This document shows, piece after piece, positions 33,690 through 45,756 of a stretch of DNA of 64,000 bases. The notes beneath the pieces were generated by a model, which did no database searches, was not told the DNA's origin, and saw only the letters and a list, made by a program, of their open reading frames with translations. Numbering within the stretch: the stretch's first letter is position 1; each line of letters starts with the position of its first letter. Position numbers and translations under genes: made by a program. Origin of the DNA: Lama glama (taxonomy: Eukaryota); NCBI GenBank assembly GCA_028534125.1, contig CM052835.1, positions 1,798,001 to 1,862,000 on the forward strand, in the 5' to 3' direction.

Positions 33690-36250
33690 TATGAGAATAA
33701 ACTGCACACCTGGATGAAATGGGTAACTTACTGGAAGCTACAGTTTACCGAGATCCATTCTGGGAGTAATGAATTCTTTAACAGACCCATTTCCACAGGA
33801 AAAATTATCAGGGAATTTCTCACACAAAACCATCAGGTCCAGAGAGTTCCCCCGGGGGATTGTAATCAAAATTTTAGAATCCAGATCAAAACTTCTAAGT
33901 TCTTTTTATGAAGCCCATACAGTCATGATATTTAAACCTGATACAAATAAAATTAAAGAAAAAGAAATTTACAAGCCAGTATTAATTTTAAATAACAATG
34001 CAGAAGCTCTAGATAAAATACTAGGAAATGGATTCCAGCATCACATTAGGAAGAAGTAAGAATTCTCCAAGACCAAGTGATTTCAGACAATCATGAAAGG
34101 ACGCTTCGCTATTAGGAAACTTACCAATATTACTCATTTTATTAATTTTCTAAGGAAAAGAATCATATGATTCTCTCCTTAAATGATGAAAACCTCTTTG
34201 ATAAATGTCTAACACCACTTTCTAACAAAGACTACTGAAAAACGTAACTTGTAGCTAAGCAGATAGATAAAAATCCTTGAGAATAAAGTTAAGAAGAAAT
34301 GCTTGAAACCTAGATGGAGAAGATTGAGAAACGCTCCTGCAAGACACCGAAGTGGACGCCTGAAAACCGCAGACAGCCCGGTACTTCGTGTGAAGCCTAA
34401 CGTGATGAAAGGGGCAATTCTCTCGCTATGTCATAAATTTAACACATTCCCAATAAACATACCAACAAGCCGGCTCCCCCTAGACCTAGGCAGTTGACAC
34501 TGAAGTTCTCATGGAGAAACAGCAAAAAGGAGAAGAAAAGAAGAAAAAGCCGGAAAGAAGAAGAAGGGTGAGTGGCTGGGACTCCAGCAAACACCGCTCC
34601 AAAGCCAGGGAGTGCAAAATCCTGGTGCCAGCAGGCGCGGGCAAGGACGGAAACACGTCCCTGAGGACAGCCACCCAGAGGTAACAAGGGCTGCGCGTCC
34701 CGTCTCCGGGCAGCGGTGGACGGCTTGCAAGTGAGGCTGTGACAGCTGTTAGGAAGAGAGGAAATTATACCCATCTTCCACTCTAACCACCCAAGAAAAC
34801 CCCAAGGGATCAGAGATAGTGACACGAAATTGGAAGCATACAATCAAATATGTGTGAATACCTTCAAAACCTCGGTGGACAGAAGGACTTTCCACGATAT
34901 CTTAATCCAGAGGCAGCGACGCGGGATCGATTCATTTGACGACTTACAAAGGAAAACGTGTGCGTGGCAGAAAACGCCAAGAATAATCTTAAGTCAGTGT
35001 TCGCCAAGTCTGTTACAGATAAGGGATCTGGTACCCGTAATACATAAAGAATATTTTAAAAGAATGTGAAGTTTTTTTTCCAGAAATGACTTTTATTATG
35101 TTAAGATAGTCCTTAATGATCTGGCAATTATCCACGTGCAGGAGAGTCCAGAACACAGATTTATGGCAGTGTTGGCCTCGTCCCGATGAGGGACTGGTGA
35201 ATTACACACAGAACGTGGTTCCCTCACACGGGCTGGAGACACAGAGGCTGCGGACTCGCAGGAGCTCCCCCCGCCTGTCTCCCTGCGTCCGTCCGCCAGA
35301 CCCGCGGGCAGGTGTGAAGATGGACACACGTCAAGCTTTGCTTGTTAACTAGTTAACAACAGTTCGGATGCTCCAGGAATGAAGTTCAAAGGCTTCATTA
35401 ATTCGGTCAAAGACAGACAGTCCATCAAAAATGCATCAACTTTTGTCTTTTTGGACGTACATTTGGGTAAATATATTCAGACAAAACATTCAGAACGATT
35501 TGGAATTATTACTATTATTACTTTTAGCCTAAAAGTCCTATAAAATGGCTAAAGGAGATAGAATGACTTGAGGCACGTGTTGGCACGTCTCTTGGGAGAC
35601 CGGCGCCACTCTGTCGCTGGTGGGAAATCTAGGTGGCATGACCCCTGGGGACACGAGGTTCCGAAATACGCCTGTGTTCACCCCTCGAGCCAGCATCTCC
35701 ATTCCAAGACCTTCCCTAAAGACACACCTCTAACAACACGAAAGCACACAGGCACAGGGTTGCTTATGAGCATTGTCTGTAATTGCAAAATACTGGAAAT
35801 TACCAGAATGTCCAAGTATAGAAGAATGACTAGGAAAAAATTTGGCCCTCACACAAAAAGAGAAATTTAAAATAATAAGAAATATCTGAATGAACTTGGT
35901 GGGGTCGGTGCTGAGCGGCGCTGTTCACTGAAATGGGCAGACTGTCAAAGGGCATACAGAGTGTGCTCCCTATTGCGGAGAAAGAGGGAAAATAATGAAA
36001 ATATACCTGTATCCGACAATTTGGGCAAAACCAAAACGGAAAAGCACTGGAAGGCTAACCCAGAAAACAAAGAAATTGCTTCTAAAGTGGGTGCAACCAA
36101 GGGCGGTGCAGGGGCGGAGGGAGGAGTTAATTTTCTGGTTGAATCTTGAAGGGTTTTGACCTTGAGACACATACGAGTGCCCACACCCAAAAAATAACAT
36201 CGGATCAACCATCGTGAGGGGAAAATACTAAACCTGAAAGCAAGTGGAAA
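33690..36250 (+). mobile_element. Fragmented old LINE-1 (ORF2 reverse-transcriptase region and 3' part)
   Basis: ORF 33769-34059 contains SFYEAHTVMIFKPDTNKIKEKEIYKPVLILNNNAEALDKILGNGFQHHIRK, homologous to L1 ORF2 SFYEASITLIPKP...[29 protein letters not shown]. Further L1 landmarks continue to ~36250 with interruptions. Confidence 0.82.
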
Positions 36251-38966
36251 GAAACGGACGTATGTCCACGTCACACCCACAGGGAGGGGGAGGAATCAGA
36301 TGCAAGGACTTGAACTTGATAACCCGGCTGTGAGAGCGCAGCCTTCGGAACGAGGAACCGCATTCGCGGTGAACGTCTGCGTTCTTCCAACCCCTCACTA
36401 TTACACGTGGAAGTGTTTTCACTTTTCTTCTCAGAAGATGTCCTTGTAGGAAGACCTGATGGATGCCAGGATGGAGTTAAGTTGTGAGCATCACGCACCT
36501 TCGTGCAACCTGCAGCACGGATCCTCCCTGGTGGCTTTGAAAGCCTCTCCACAGGAGGCTGTTTGTAGGGACAGGCCCCAGGGACGCTGGCTCCCTGCTG
36601 CTCAGTGCCACCGCCTCACGTGACCATACTAATTACGCATCAACACACCCCCTACCCATTCCCCCACCGCGGGGGTCGCACCCGCACCCCAGCCCATCAC
36701 CTGCCTGCCCGGCTCCACTGCACCTGGCCTGGGCCAGGTGAGCCCAGGAGGGGAACCTGAACGAGCCTCCTTCGTCCCCTTCCTGGCACCCGTGCACTCG
36801 CAGCCCTGCTCTGGCCCTTGTGAGCACCCGGCCCGGGCCTGGTGTGGCCCCCAGCATTACTCTGATGGGCCTGAGATCCGGCCAGCGTGTTCCCAGCCCA
36901 CATCACACCTGCCTCCTCTCTGTCCTGAGACCAAAGCATCCAGACACCCCTGCCCCGCCCGGGTCTCCAACACCGCAGGGCTTCTCCATGCAGGCACGCC
37001 CAGGAACAGAGGGACCTCGAGAGACACAGGACATCGAACTGGAACAGGACGGAGCAGCCTTTCCTTAAAGAAGCAAAACGTACTTGTTATAGTGTCTTGG
37101 TTACACATAAGGAGACTCATGTTGAAATAAAAGCACTTTCTGTCTTTAGAATCGTCTCCTAAAATGACTTTGCATTTTCGCTTCACCATAAGCAACTCGC
37201 TGGCCCTTTAGACTGCTTGCAGTGAGTGCTTCCCCACGAACCAGGCTGCTGGGCATAAAATCTCGGAGTATGTGTGCAGACACCCTCCCTGCCCCTCACA
37301 CCCTCAGGGTGAAGCTCCAGCCGTCGGAGTTGTCCTTGACGTTTACGTCAGTTGGCTCCGTACCCGCTCGGCTGGTATACGAATCCCACCTGTGCCAACC
37401 CTTGCCAGCGGCGGGCATCTCAGCTTTAGACTGTTTGTTAACTAAGTCAGTGAACTAAGTGTAAATTGACGATTACTAATTTTTACAAAAGCTTGCACGA
37501 GAGAACGTTTCTCAGGTCCAGTTATTGGCCGCTTTTCAAAGGGACGCACGATGCACTTACACTTTCTGTAAATAATCAGATTGTACTGTGGTTCTCAGCG
37601 TTGTTATGCACAAAATGCATTTAAGGAATTTCTGATTTTGCTTGTGAGGTTTTAGGGGGAAAAAACTCCACTTTGGCCTGAAATGTAAGTGGAAACACGG
37701 GGCCTATGAGTGAGCTGAATGCTGTTTCTCCCCCAAACAGCTTGAAATGGCATCGAAACTGTGATCTCATGTTAAACCAGCTGGCTGGGGTTTCTGGAAC
37801 TGAAGGAACCATTCTTTGAAAGGGCTGGTCTGACAGCCAGCATATAGGTAAATACCCCATCTGGAGTCTGACCGCTCGAACAAAGGAACCGAGGTGCAAA
37901 AACTGTTCTTGGAGACGTTCTCCAGTTCCAGCATCACCACATTCGCCCCTGAATTTATTTCTCCTCAAAGGACTTCTTCGGAGAGGAGTCTGGGCCCTCA
38001 GATGGCAATCTAATTGCAGCCCACAGCGGTCTGCTCGCTCCCACCGCTGTGTGTTACGAACAAAGCCCTTTCACACCTACTTCGGGGAGTCCGCAGCGCT
38101 CTCTGAAAACGGAGCCGTTCTCCACCTAAGATTGTCTCCCCGCGTGTTCCACCTGCCTGGACACGGCTGTCCTCCTGGGATGAGCCCGAGGAGCCAGCTG
38201 GAGGGTGTCCCGCGCTGCGCCCCGACACCAGTGTCTCCGCCCGCGCTCCCGAGAGGTGCCTGTCTCCCTGGAAGGCAGGACTGATGTGCCTTCCAGGCAC
38301 CTGGGCTAATGGAAAACAGGACGAGTTTTTCTATGTGCTTTGTGGCTGTTCCCTGTCTGGTTTTGTTAAGTGTTTGAAACACCTTAGTCACTGCGCGCTG
38401 GGCGCCCGCGCCGGGCTGGGGAGCGGGCTGCGCGCTCCCGGTGAAGGGGCGCGGCCGGGGTGTGCACACAGCGTTGCACCCGCTGTGCTGTCACTCAGTC
38501 CTGTGACACAAGGGATGCGGTTCCCATCTCGCAGGCGACGCGTGTGGGTCTCCGAGGACGGGCCCCCCTCACCTGGACAGTGACCGGGAGGAACCTGCAC
38601 CCTCACCGGCAGAACAGCTTTATTTTGATCGTTCCGCCATCACGCGCCTTGAGCTTCAGCCGCGTCACAGGAGGATTGCTCCGCGCGTCGGGGGAGCGGG
38701 CTGGCACCGGGGTAACCCCTGGCCTTCTGGCCGGCTAACTTCCTGTGTGGCTCTCCCCACCCTTATTTGCTTGTATTCAGGAGGCTGAAAGGCCAGGACA
38801 AAGGGCATTCCTCATTGTGTTTTGTTTAAAAGAAAAAAAGTATTCTTAAATGTGCATTAGTAGAAAAAAATTTTCTTTAACAAGTCGAGCTGTGCGCGCT
38901 TGGGGTGGGGGTGGGGTTTGGGGCAGGTGGGAGGTTGCGGGTGAGGGGTGCACTTTGCAGGTCTCC

Positions 38967-38980
38967 CCACTAGATGGCGA
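38967..38980 (+). promoter_or_regulatory. CTCF-binding motif candidate
   Basis: CCACTAGATGGCGA closely fits the CCASYAGRKGGCRS core; TGCAG lies just upstream (38956-38960). Confidence 0.65.
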
Positions 38981-39519
38981 CGTCCGAGCGCCGAGCGGAG
39001 CCCGGGTGGACGCGGAGTGTGGGGTGCGGGGGTCCCCACCTGCAAGGCCCCGGACGCCGGTCCGCGCGCGCCCTGAGCCCAGAATAAGCCAAGGAGGATT
39101 GCAGCTCCTGAAGCCCGGCTCAGTCCCCGGCTGCTGCCCCTGCTTGAGAGACTGGCAGCGTCTTCTGCCCGAAGGCTAGAGGTCCTGTATTGTCCCCCGG
39201 CCGCCCGGAGCAGGTGCGGCGCGGGCACCGCCTCTCCGGGCGGCCGCGTGGTGACCCGGCGGCTGCTGCGCCGCGCCTGGCGGGGCCCAGCCTCTTCCTG
39301 GCCTGCTCCACTTTTTCTGGGGCTTTTCCCCGTGTCTGCCCGCCTGTCCCCACGGACACGTCTGCACCCGCGCGTCCGTCCGGGCCCAGCGCCCGGCGCC
39401 GCTGCGGGCTTCTCCTGGCCTCTGCGCTCCGAGCTCCTGCAGACCCGGGGTCTGCGCCAGGCCCTGCGGGGGGACCTCGTGCACTGACGGGGAATCCTGC
39501 CCCGCCTGGCTGGGGGCGG

Positions 39520-39533
39520 CCTGCAGAGGGCAC
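39520..39533 (+). promoter_or_regulatory. Second CTCF-binding motif candidate
   Basis: ggCCTGCAGAGGGCACtt fits the CTCF core, in the same orientation as 38967. Confidence 0.55.
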
Positions 39534-39914
39534 TTAAGGGCGCCGAGGTCTGCAGAGGTTGCCTGCTCCTCATCCCGGTTCCCAGCACCGCCCCATGTCC
39601 CGGTGGTGAGTCAGGGCTGGTTTGCGCCTGGAACAGCCCTGTCACAGGAAAGGGCAGAGAGACTCCCACAGGAATGCATGTTGGCGCAGGCACCTGCAGC
39701 TCCCCCCTTCCGCCCCCCACTTTACAACAATTGTGACGGTCACCCCCCCCCACTGCCCCAACCCCACACCAGAGTCCAGAGCCTGGGGCACAGCCGGGCT
39801 GGTGGAGCCGACAGCTGGCGGGGCCAGTGTCAGCCCCCGAGAAACACACGGGGCAAACTCAGGCTCCACTGTCTTTGTTAAAACCCAAGACACTAAGAAT
39901 ACAGAGCGTTTCCC

Positions 39915-40615
39915 TATTTTTAAAAATTTAAATATAGTCAGTTTGCACTGTTGTACCAAGTTTCTGGTGCACGGCACCATGTCCCAGTCATACATGTACA
40001 TACACAGATTCCTTTTCATATTCTTTTTCATTGTAAGTTACTACAAGGTATTGAATATGATTCCCTGTGCTGTACAGTATAAACTTGTTTATCTAGTTAA
40101 TACATAGTAGTTAATTTCTGCAAATCTGGGACTCCCAATTTATCCCTTCCCACCCCCTTCCCACCGTGGTAACCATAAGTTTGTTTGCCATATCTGTGTG
40201 TATGTTTCTGTTTTGTAAATAGTTCATTTGTCTTTTTCTTAGATTTCACATATAAGCGATCTCATATGGTATTTTTCTTTCTTTTTTCTGGCTTACTTCA
40301 TTTAGAATGGCAATCTCTAGGTCTATGTTGCTGCAAATGGCATTATTTTATTCTTTTTTATGGCTGAGTAGTATTCCATTGTATAAATAGACCACAGCTT
40401 CTTTATCCAGTCATCTGTCAATGGACATGTAGGCTGTTTCCATGTCTTGACTATTGTAAATAGTGCTGCTATAACACTGGGGTGCAGGTGTCTTTTTGAA
40501 TTGAGGTTCCCTCTGGATACATGCCCAGGAGTGGGATTGCTGGATCATAGGGTAAGTCTATTTTTAGTCTTTTAAGGAACCTCCATACTGTCTTCCATAG
40601 TGGCTGCACCAAGCT
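39915..40615 (-). mobile_element. Young camelid-type LINE-1 3' end
   Basis: Minus frame LVQPLWKTVWRFLKRLKIDLPYDPAIPLLGMYPEGT (ORF2 C-terminus) followed by the L1 3' UTR. Confidence 0.93.
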
Positions 40616-40789
40616 ATGTTCTAAGCTGTCTGTTTTAACATGTTCCCATTTTGAGGGGAAACACAAGAAATGAGGAAGTAACTCTGGACCAAGCAGAACT
40701 GGGGGTAAGGGGTGGAGTGGGGTTGACATCACAGGACCAGTGAGATCCCCGCCCGGGGAGGAGGAGGACCTTGGCCCCTGAGGCGGGAC

Positions 40790-41000
40790 AGCAGTGTCGT
40801 CTTTACAATGTGAATCCTCTGATCCAGGAACCCCAGATGTGTCTCCATTACTCAGGTTTTCTCCCAGCTCTTTCATCAGCATTTTGTAGGTTTCAGCGTA
40901 CAAGTCCTGGGCACGTTCGTTAGATTTACACCGAAGTGCTTCATTCTCTTGGTGGTGGCAGCTGTATGTTGACTTTGGTTTGCGTGTGTTGGACTTACGC
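40790..41000 (-). mobile_element. Old L1 fragment
   Basis: tctttcatcagcattttgtaggtttcagcgtacaagtcctgggcacgttcgttagatttacacc; minus frame YAETYKMLMKELGENL is ORF2-like. Confidence 0.75.
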
Positions 41001-41329
41001 CGTTACGCACCAGGAGTGGGGCATCCGGTTTGGAGGAGGGACTGTGAGGGCGAGGGCGAGCGCCCAGGTCCGCCTCGCCGCCTCCTTCCTACCTGTGTCC
41101 CCGGGTGAGGCATCGAGACGTAGGTGGCAACTAATACCGACCTCCCAGGAGTCAGGACAACTCAGATTCAATCAAAAATGCAGCCAGTTCTTGGTGCTTC
41201 TGTTTTTACAGGACTGGTGTGCTCCTCGCCGTGGAGTAGCTAGCTAGCCACGCATCAATCCAGAAGCTTCGTTACGCCTCTGTCAGTGGGGGCGAGGCTC
41301 CTGAAAACGGCTTCAGCAGGAGAGAACAA

Positions 41330-41535
41330 AATGAGCTGGGCTGTGAGGTTTGCAGATGCACACAACTGTGTATGAAACAGACAGCAAGTCTGTACAGCTA
41401 CGGTCAATACCTTGTGATAACCTATGATGAAAAAGGATGTAACAATGAATACACGTACGTACATGCATGACTGGGACACGGTGCTGTGCCCCAGACATCG
41501 ACACATTGTAACTGACTGTACTTCAATTTAAAAAA
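41330..41535 (+). mobile_element. Short young L1 3' tail
   Basis: taacctatgatgaaaaagga...catgcatgactgggacacggtgctgtgccccagacatcgacacattgtaactgactgtacttcaatttaaaaaa. Confidence 0.85.
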
Positions 41536-44500
41536 CTGAATTATACCCTGACATTCATAAGATACCAATATACGTTTAGAGGTAGGTGGCAATGAAATAA
41601 TGGCTAAAAGGGGGCTGAAGACCACAGTAGCCTGTGAGGTGCGTGGAGAGAATTAGCAGCCGGCGAGAAATTCAGCTTTGGAGATGCGGAGAGAACCATA
41701 GAACAAAGAGCTAATATTCCAGGTTAAGGTTTTGAAAAATTCTCGATCTTTTTTTTCCTCCTGTTTCGGGCTGTGTCGCTGCCACCAGTGCGGCTGCAGC
41801 CTGTCAGGACCGCCTGGAACTCACAGACGCTCTCGGTGGGACGGGCAGCGGGTGGGCCCGAGGGTGAGCCAGCAGAGCACCCCTTGGGAGGTGAGAACAA
41901 CGTAGAAGTTGGGCTGAATAGAGGGACCTGGAGCTAACATGTGCCAAGCTCCAGGATGTGATGGACATCTTGGGTTTCCGATCGATTTTGCGTGGACCTT
42001 GAGAACAGACAATGTGGGCTGACTTATCATCTGCTTCCTAGGGGTGCGTGAGAAGGGTGGGTGGGGAGACCCCCTCAGGGCTTCCTACCGCGGCTGGGGG
42101 GTCAGAGGCCCCGTGGACACCACACCCCCAGCCTGAGCGGGGCGGCGGCGGCCACTCTCCCTTGTATCTTGCCATGTGCACCTTTCAGAATAGATGTGAG
42201 AGTCGATGCTGAAAGTGTAGTGAATAACATGGAAAGACGTTGCAGTATACTGCTGCCTGAGAAAAGCTGCTTGCTGAAAAGAATGTACAATATGGCCTAA
42301 TTGTTATAAGTAAGTAAAACTTTCAAGTGGCGTCTAAGGAAAAAAAACAAAACAAAACGACGTGCAGAGACTAGGCTGAACGGGAAAGCCTGGCTGACTT
42401 CACTGTGCAGTGAAACCCTCCGTATCTTCCTAGAGGACTGAGTTCTGTCATTCTCAGCACGCAGTTAAGCTGAATAGTGTAAACATTCTTTCAAAATCCC
42501 CAAATCTGTTTACACGAGCCAGCCAAAACCCTCTGCAAATGCAGTCATGGGGGAGGGGCAGCAAAGAACACGCAGGGTTACCTGCAGAAGGCCGACCTTT
42601 CGGCGGCCCCCGGCCACCAGCCCTCCCACCTGCTCTGAGCAGGTTTCACGGGAAGACGCTCTGAGAATGGTGGCGGAGGTGGGGGGCTAGAAACCTTCGC
42701 TGCTCAAGGGAACCGCTCGTTTGCATTCAGCATCCTCGCCTTTGCAGACCGTTAGGCTGTCGTCCGAGGTCCCGGAGAGACAGTCGCTGGCAAACGAGTG
42801 GAGGAAAAGTGTCCTGGGAGCCGGGAGATAAGAGGGGTTGCCTAACACAGCAGACCTTTGACATCTGTTGTTTAGATGTTGAGGGTCTTCTGAAAGTCAC
42901 AGTGTTTGCTTTTCCTTCAGACAGCTCCCAAGGGAGTTTATCTTCACACTGAGGCTAGCTGGGCGTGCAAATGGGGCCAACGGGAGGGCCACGCAGAGTG
43001 GCCTCCGTCAGCTTTCTTGAAGGCGCAGCTGTAGAACCCTGGCTGGAGACCACAGAGGGGGTCAGAGAGCACAGGGGGCGTGTGGCCGCCCGCCCCTCAC
43101 CCACCCTGGGTCCGACCGGACAGCCAGGCTCTCTGATCTCCAGTGCTGCTGGGACTGGTAGGGGATGGGAGACGGGGCGAGGGAGCGGGACCCAGCGACT
43201 GCCTGCGGGGAGCGAGCCGAGGGCGGGCCACCCCGGTCACATCTCTGCCGATTTAATTCTCAGAACAGCCTTGTGCGGTGGAGCCCAACAGCGTGCCCTT
43301 TCTTTAAATTTAAATTTTTAAATTCCCCTTTCATTATAATCACTGTCATCGTCACCGTCATCACGGTAACAGTGCGGAACATTTAGAAAATTGTGGGGGA
43401 GGGGACCCAGCCCCGGATCTCTCTGTTTAGTACAAATACTTTTCAGTTCTGTGTATGCAGATCCAATGTTCTGGTTTGAAGGTACGCCGGAGGTGAGCGG
43501 GTCCAGCCAGCCGGGGGCACGTGGGCCCGGTGATTCGGAAACTCGCACCGGATGAAAAAGATAAATCAGAGAGAACTCGTCGTGTCCTGTTTGCCCAAGA
43601 CGAGAGGGCCGTCAAACGCTTGGGCTCCAGCCTGCGTCTCTCTCTCTCTCTCTCTCAGCGGCCAAACACAGTGTCCTCGACACGGTAACTGTTGTTTCCA
43701 CACCTGACTCTCGGCTTGGGCTGGGCCTTTTCATCTCCTCCAGTGTGGGTCCGGTGACTACTCTGCCTGTGGGATGGATTCCTCCAGCGTCCCTTGGAAG
43801 GCATGCGTGCAGAGTGGTTTTCAAAAGAAAACCCTAAAGGAAGAGCTGGCTCACCCCAAAGCCCCACCAACCTCTTTCCTAGCAGAGTGGTGCAAGACGC
43901 TGCCTTCAGGTGCCTTCTCCCTATCCGACCCTTTTCTTGAGGTCGGAGAAGGCGCACCACCGCCGTGACGCCCTCCCGAGAGACTGCGGACGCCTAACAG
44001 TTTCATGAGCGCTCCCCGGGGTGCCCTCCTGGACCGTGCAGGGTGGAGTCAGGAAGCTGGGGTGCTGGCATCCCCGAGGGTCCAGGTTCTATGTCCTGCC
44101 CGGGCTGGGGCCATCTGTCCAGCCCACACCTGCGCCGGCGTCCTTCCATCACGGGCCCCCAGTGACAGCACCCTGGGAGCCTGAGGCCGACTCTGTCCAC
44201 AAGCCCCGGGCAGCCCGTCTCCCACGACCACGGGCAGCCAGCGCTCGCGGGACAGGAGGGCACCTTCAGCCCAAGGCGGTCATAGAACTGAAGAGAAAAA
44301 TCTCAAGTGTCAATTTGCCAATTAAAGAGCAGAAAATTACGAGTCTTTGCCCACTTCTCAAGCTGACTTTTAGAGCTTGTGATGTCTCAGATCAAGAGGA
44401 CGGACAAGTAGAAACGTCACGGCTGCGACACCTGGCTGCAAAGCCGCGTGTCCTCCAGATCCAAGGGGGCCCCTTTCCACAGCTGAAGCTGAGAACGGCC

Positions 44501-45000
44501 GATACGTACACTGGAGGATGTTCCCCGTGGGGCTGGAACCTCAAGGGGGGGATAAAGTGACAAGACTGGAATCTGCTTGGAGAACGATGCCACTGCACTT
44601 TGAGTGCTGTCACTTCTTGTTGGATTTGAAGTAAAATGGAGCTAATTTAAAAAAAAATTACTTAATGTTTCCAAGTCTTTCAACAAACGTGCTTTCGTTT
44701 TTTAGCACGTGGATCTGGGGGAGGGGCGGTGCACACATTCCAACCAGAGCAGGTGTGCGAGCCAGGAGCCCTTGGCCCCTGTCTGTCTGGGGACGATGCT
44801 GTCGGGCGTCTGCCGTGTACAGGTGACCCCGCCTCTCCTTCCGGCCCCCCGTCCTTCTGTTCTCAGGGAACCTGCAAGGCCCCGGCCGGCCATTCTGCCC
44901 TCCAGGGGCCCCTAGTCAGCGGCAGGGGAGACCCCCGTGCCCACTCTGGGCTTCATTTTCACCACCATTCAGCCTACTTTACTGTCTTGAGGGGGTTCGT

Positions 45001-45425
45001 TTTTAAAAGTTTTATTTATTACTTATTATTTTTATTTTTACTTATATAATTACTACTAATGTTATCTTATTACAAAGTATATAATACAATAACATATAAT
45101 ATAATAATATAATATAATCGTTAATGGTAATAAGAAACTAATAAATTATTATCAATAATATAATAATTATAATTCATCTTTAATTATTAATATTATGTAA
45201 CAGGTTATATATTAGCATAATGACATAATTATACATAAGATGACAATTTTATTATTTTTAAATACTATATTGCATGGTAAAATATAATTCTACAATATTA
45301 AATATAACATAAAACAATTATAATATGTAACGTAATTATATGTGATATATACTAAATAAATATATATTAATATACATTGCAAAGTGACAATTATTTTACC
45401 TGCTATATAAATAATAATATTATTC
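45001..45425. repeat. Extreme AT-rich low-complexity tract (~425 bp)
   Basis: Almost only A/T, made of degenerate tat/taa/ataat repeats, with abrupt borders against GC-rich flanks. Confidence 0.9.
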
Positions 45426-45429
45426 ACGC

Positions 45430-45615
45430 GCCTCCCTCTGCCCGGGGTGCTTCTCCCCACGTCTGTGATGAATCCCACCGTCTTCTGTCGTCTCTGTTCG
45501 GAAGTCACCTTCCCAGGGCTTCCCCGGCCTCTCACGTCCACAGTTCAATCTTCCCAAACGTCATTCCTCCCTTGCTTTCTTTTTCTCGCTCAGGGGTACC
45601 AGTCTCTGACATCCT
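45430..45615. mobile_element. L2 (LINE-2) remnant
   Basis: cctccctctgcccggggtgcttctcccc...gtctctgttcggaagtcaccttcccagggcttcccc resembles the recalled L2 3' core. Confidence 0.55.
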
Positions 45616-45624
45616 GGAATTACA

Positions 45625-45756
45625 TTTTTGCCTTTTTTGGCGGGGGCAGTGATTAGGGGCACTGACTGACTGGTTTAATGGAGGGACCGGGGGTGGAACC
45701 CAGGCCGGACCTCGTGCACGCTGAGCGCGCGCCCCACCCCTGCGCTGTGCCCTCCC
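45625..45756 (-). mobile_element. Vic-1-like SINE, heavily GC-shifted
   Basis: tttaatggagggaccgggggtggaacccagg...acctcgtgcacgctgagcgcgcgccccacccctgcgctgtgccctccc is collinear with the copies at 59044 and 59938. Confidence 0.8.

Larger units (their letters stand above)
38390..39560. promoter_or_regulatory. Orphan CpG-island-like region
   Basis: Dense CpG (gcgcgc, ccgcgg, cggccg) in 38390-38720 and 38960-39560, with no coding exon. Confidence 0.55.

Noticed and set aside
33769-34059. Reverse-transcriptase-like ORF as an active or domesticated gene
   Set aside because: A short, stop-bounded fragment of a decayed L1 ORF2.
37431-37450. 20-bp near match (ctgtttgttaactaagtcag) to the reverse complement of 61217-61237
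   Set aside because: Spotted post hoc, AT-rich, no extension into the flanks, and the 37.4-kb copy sits in probable old L1 debris. Most likely chance.
38857-39849. 330-aa minus-strand ORF across the CpG island
   Set aside because: Stop-poor GC-rich DNA with several overlapping open frames and no protein-like features.
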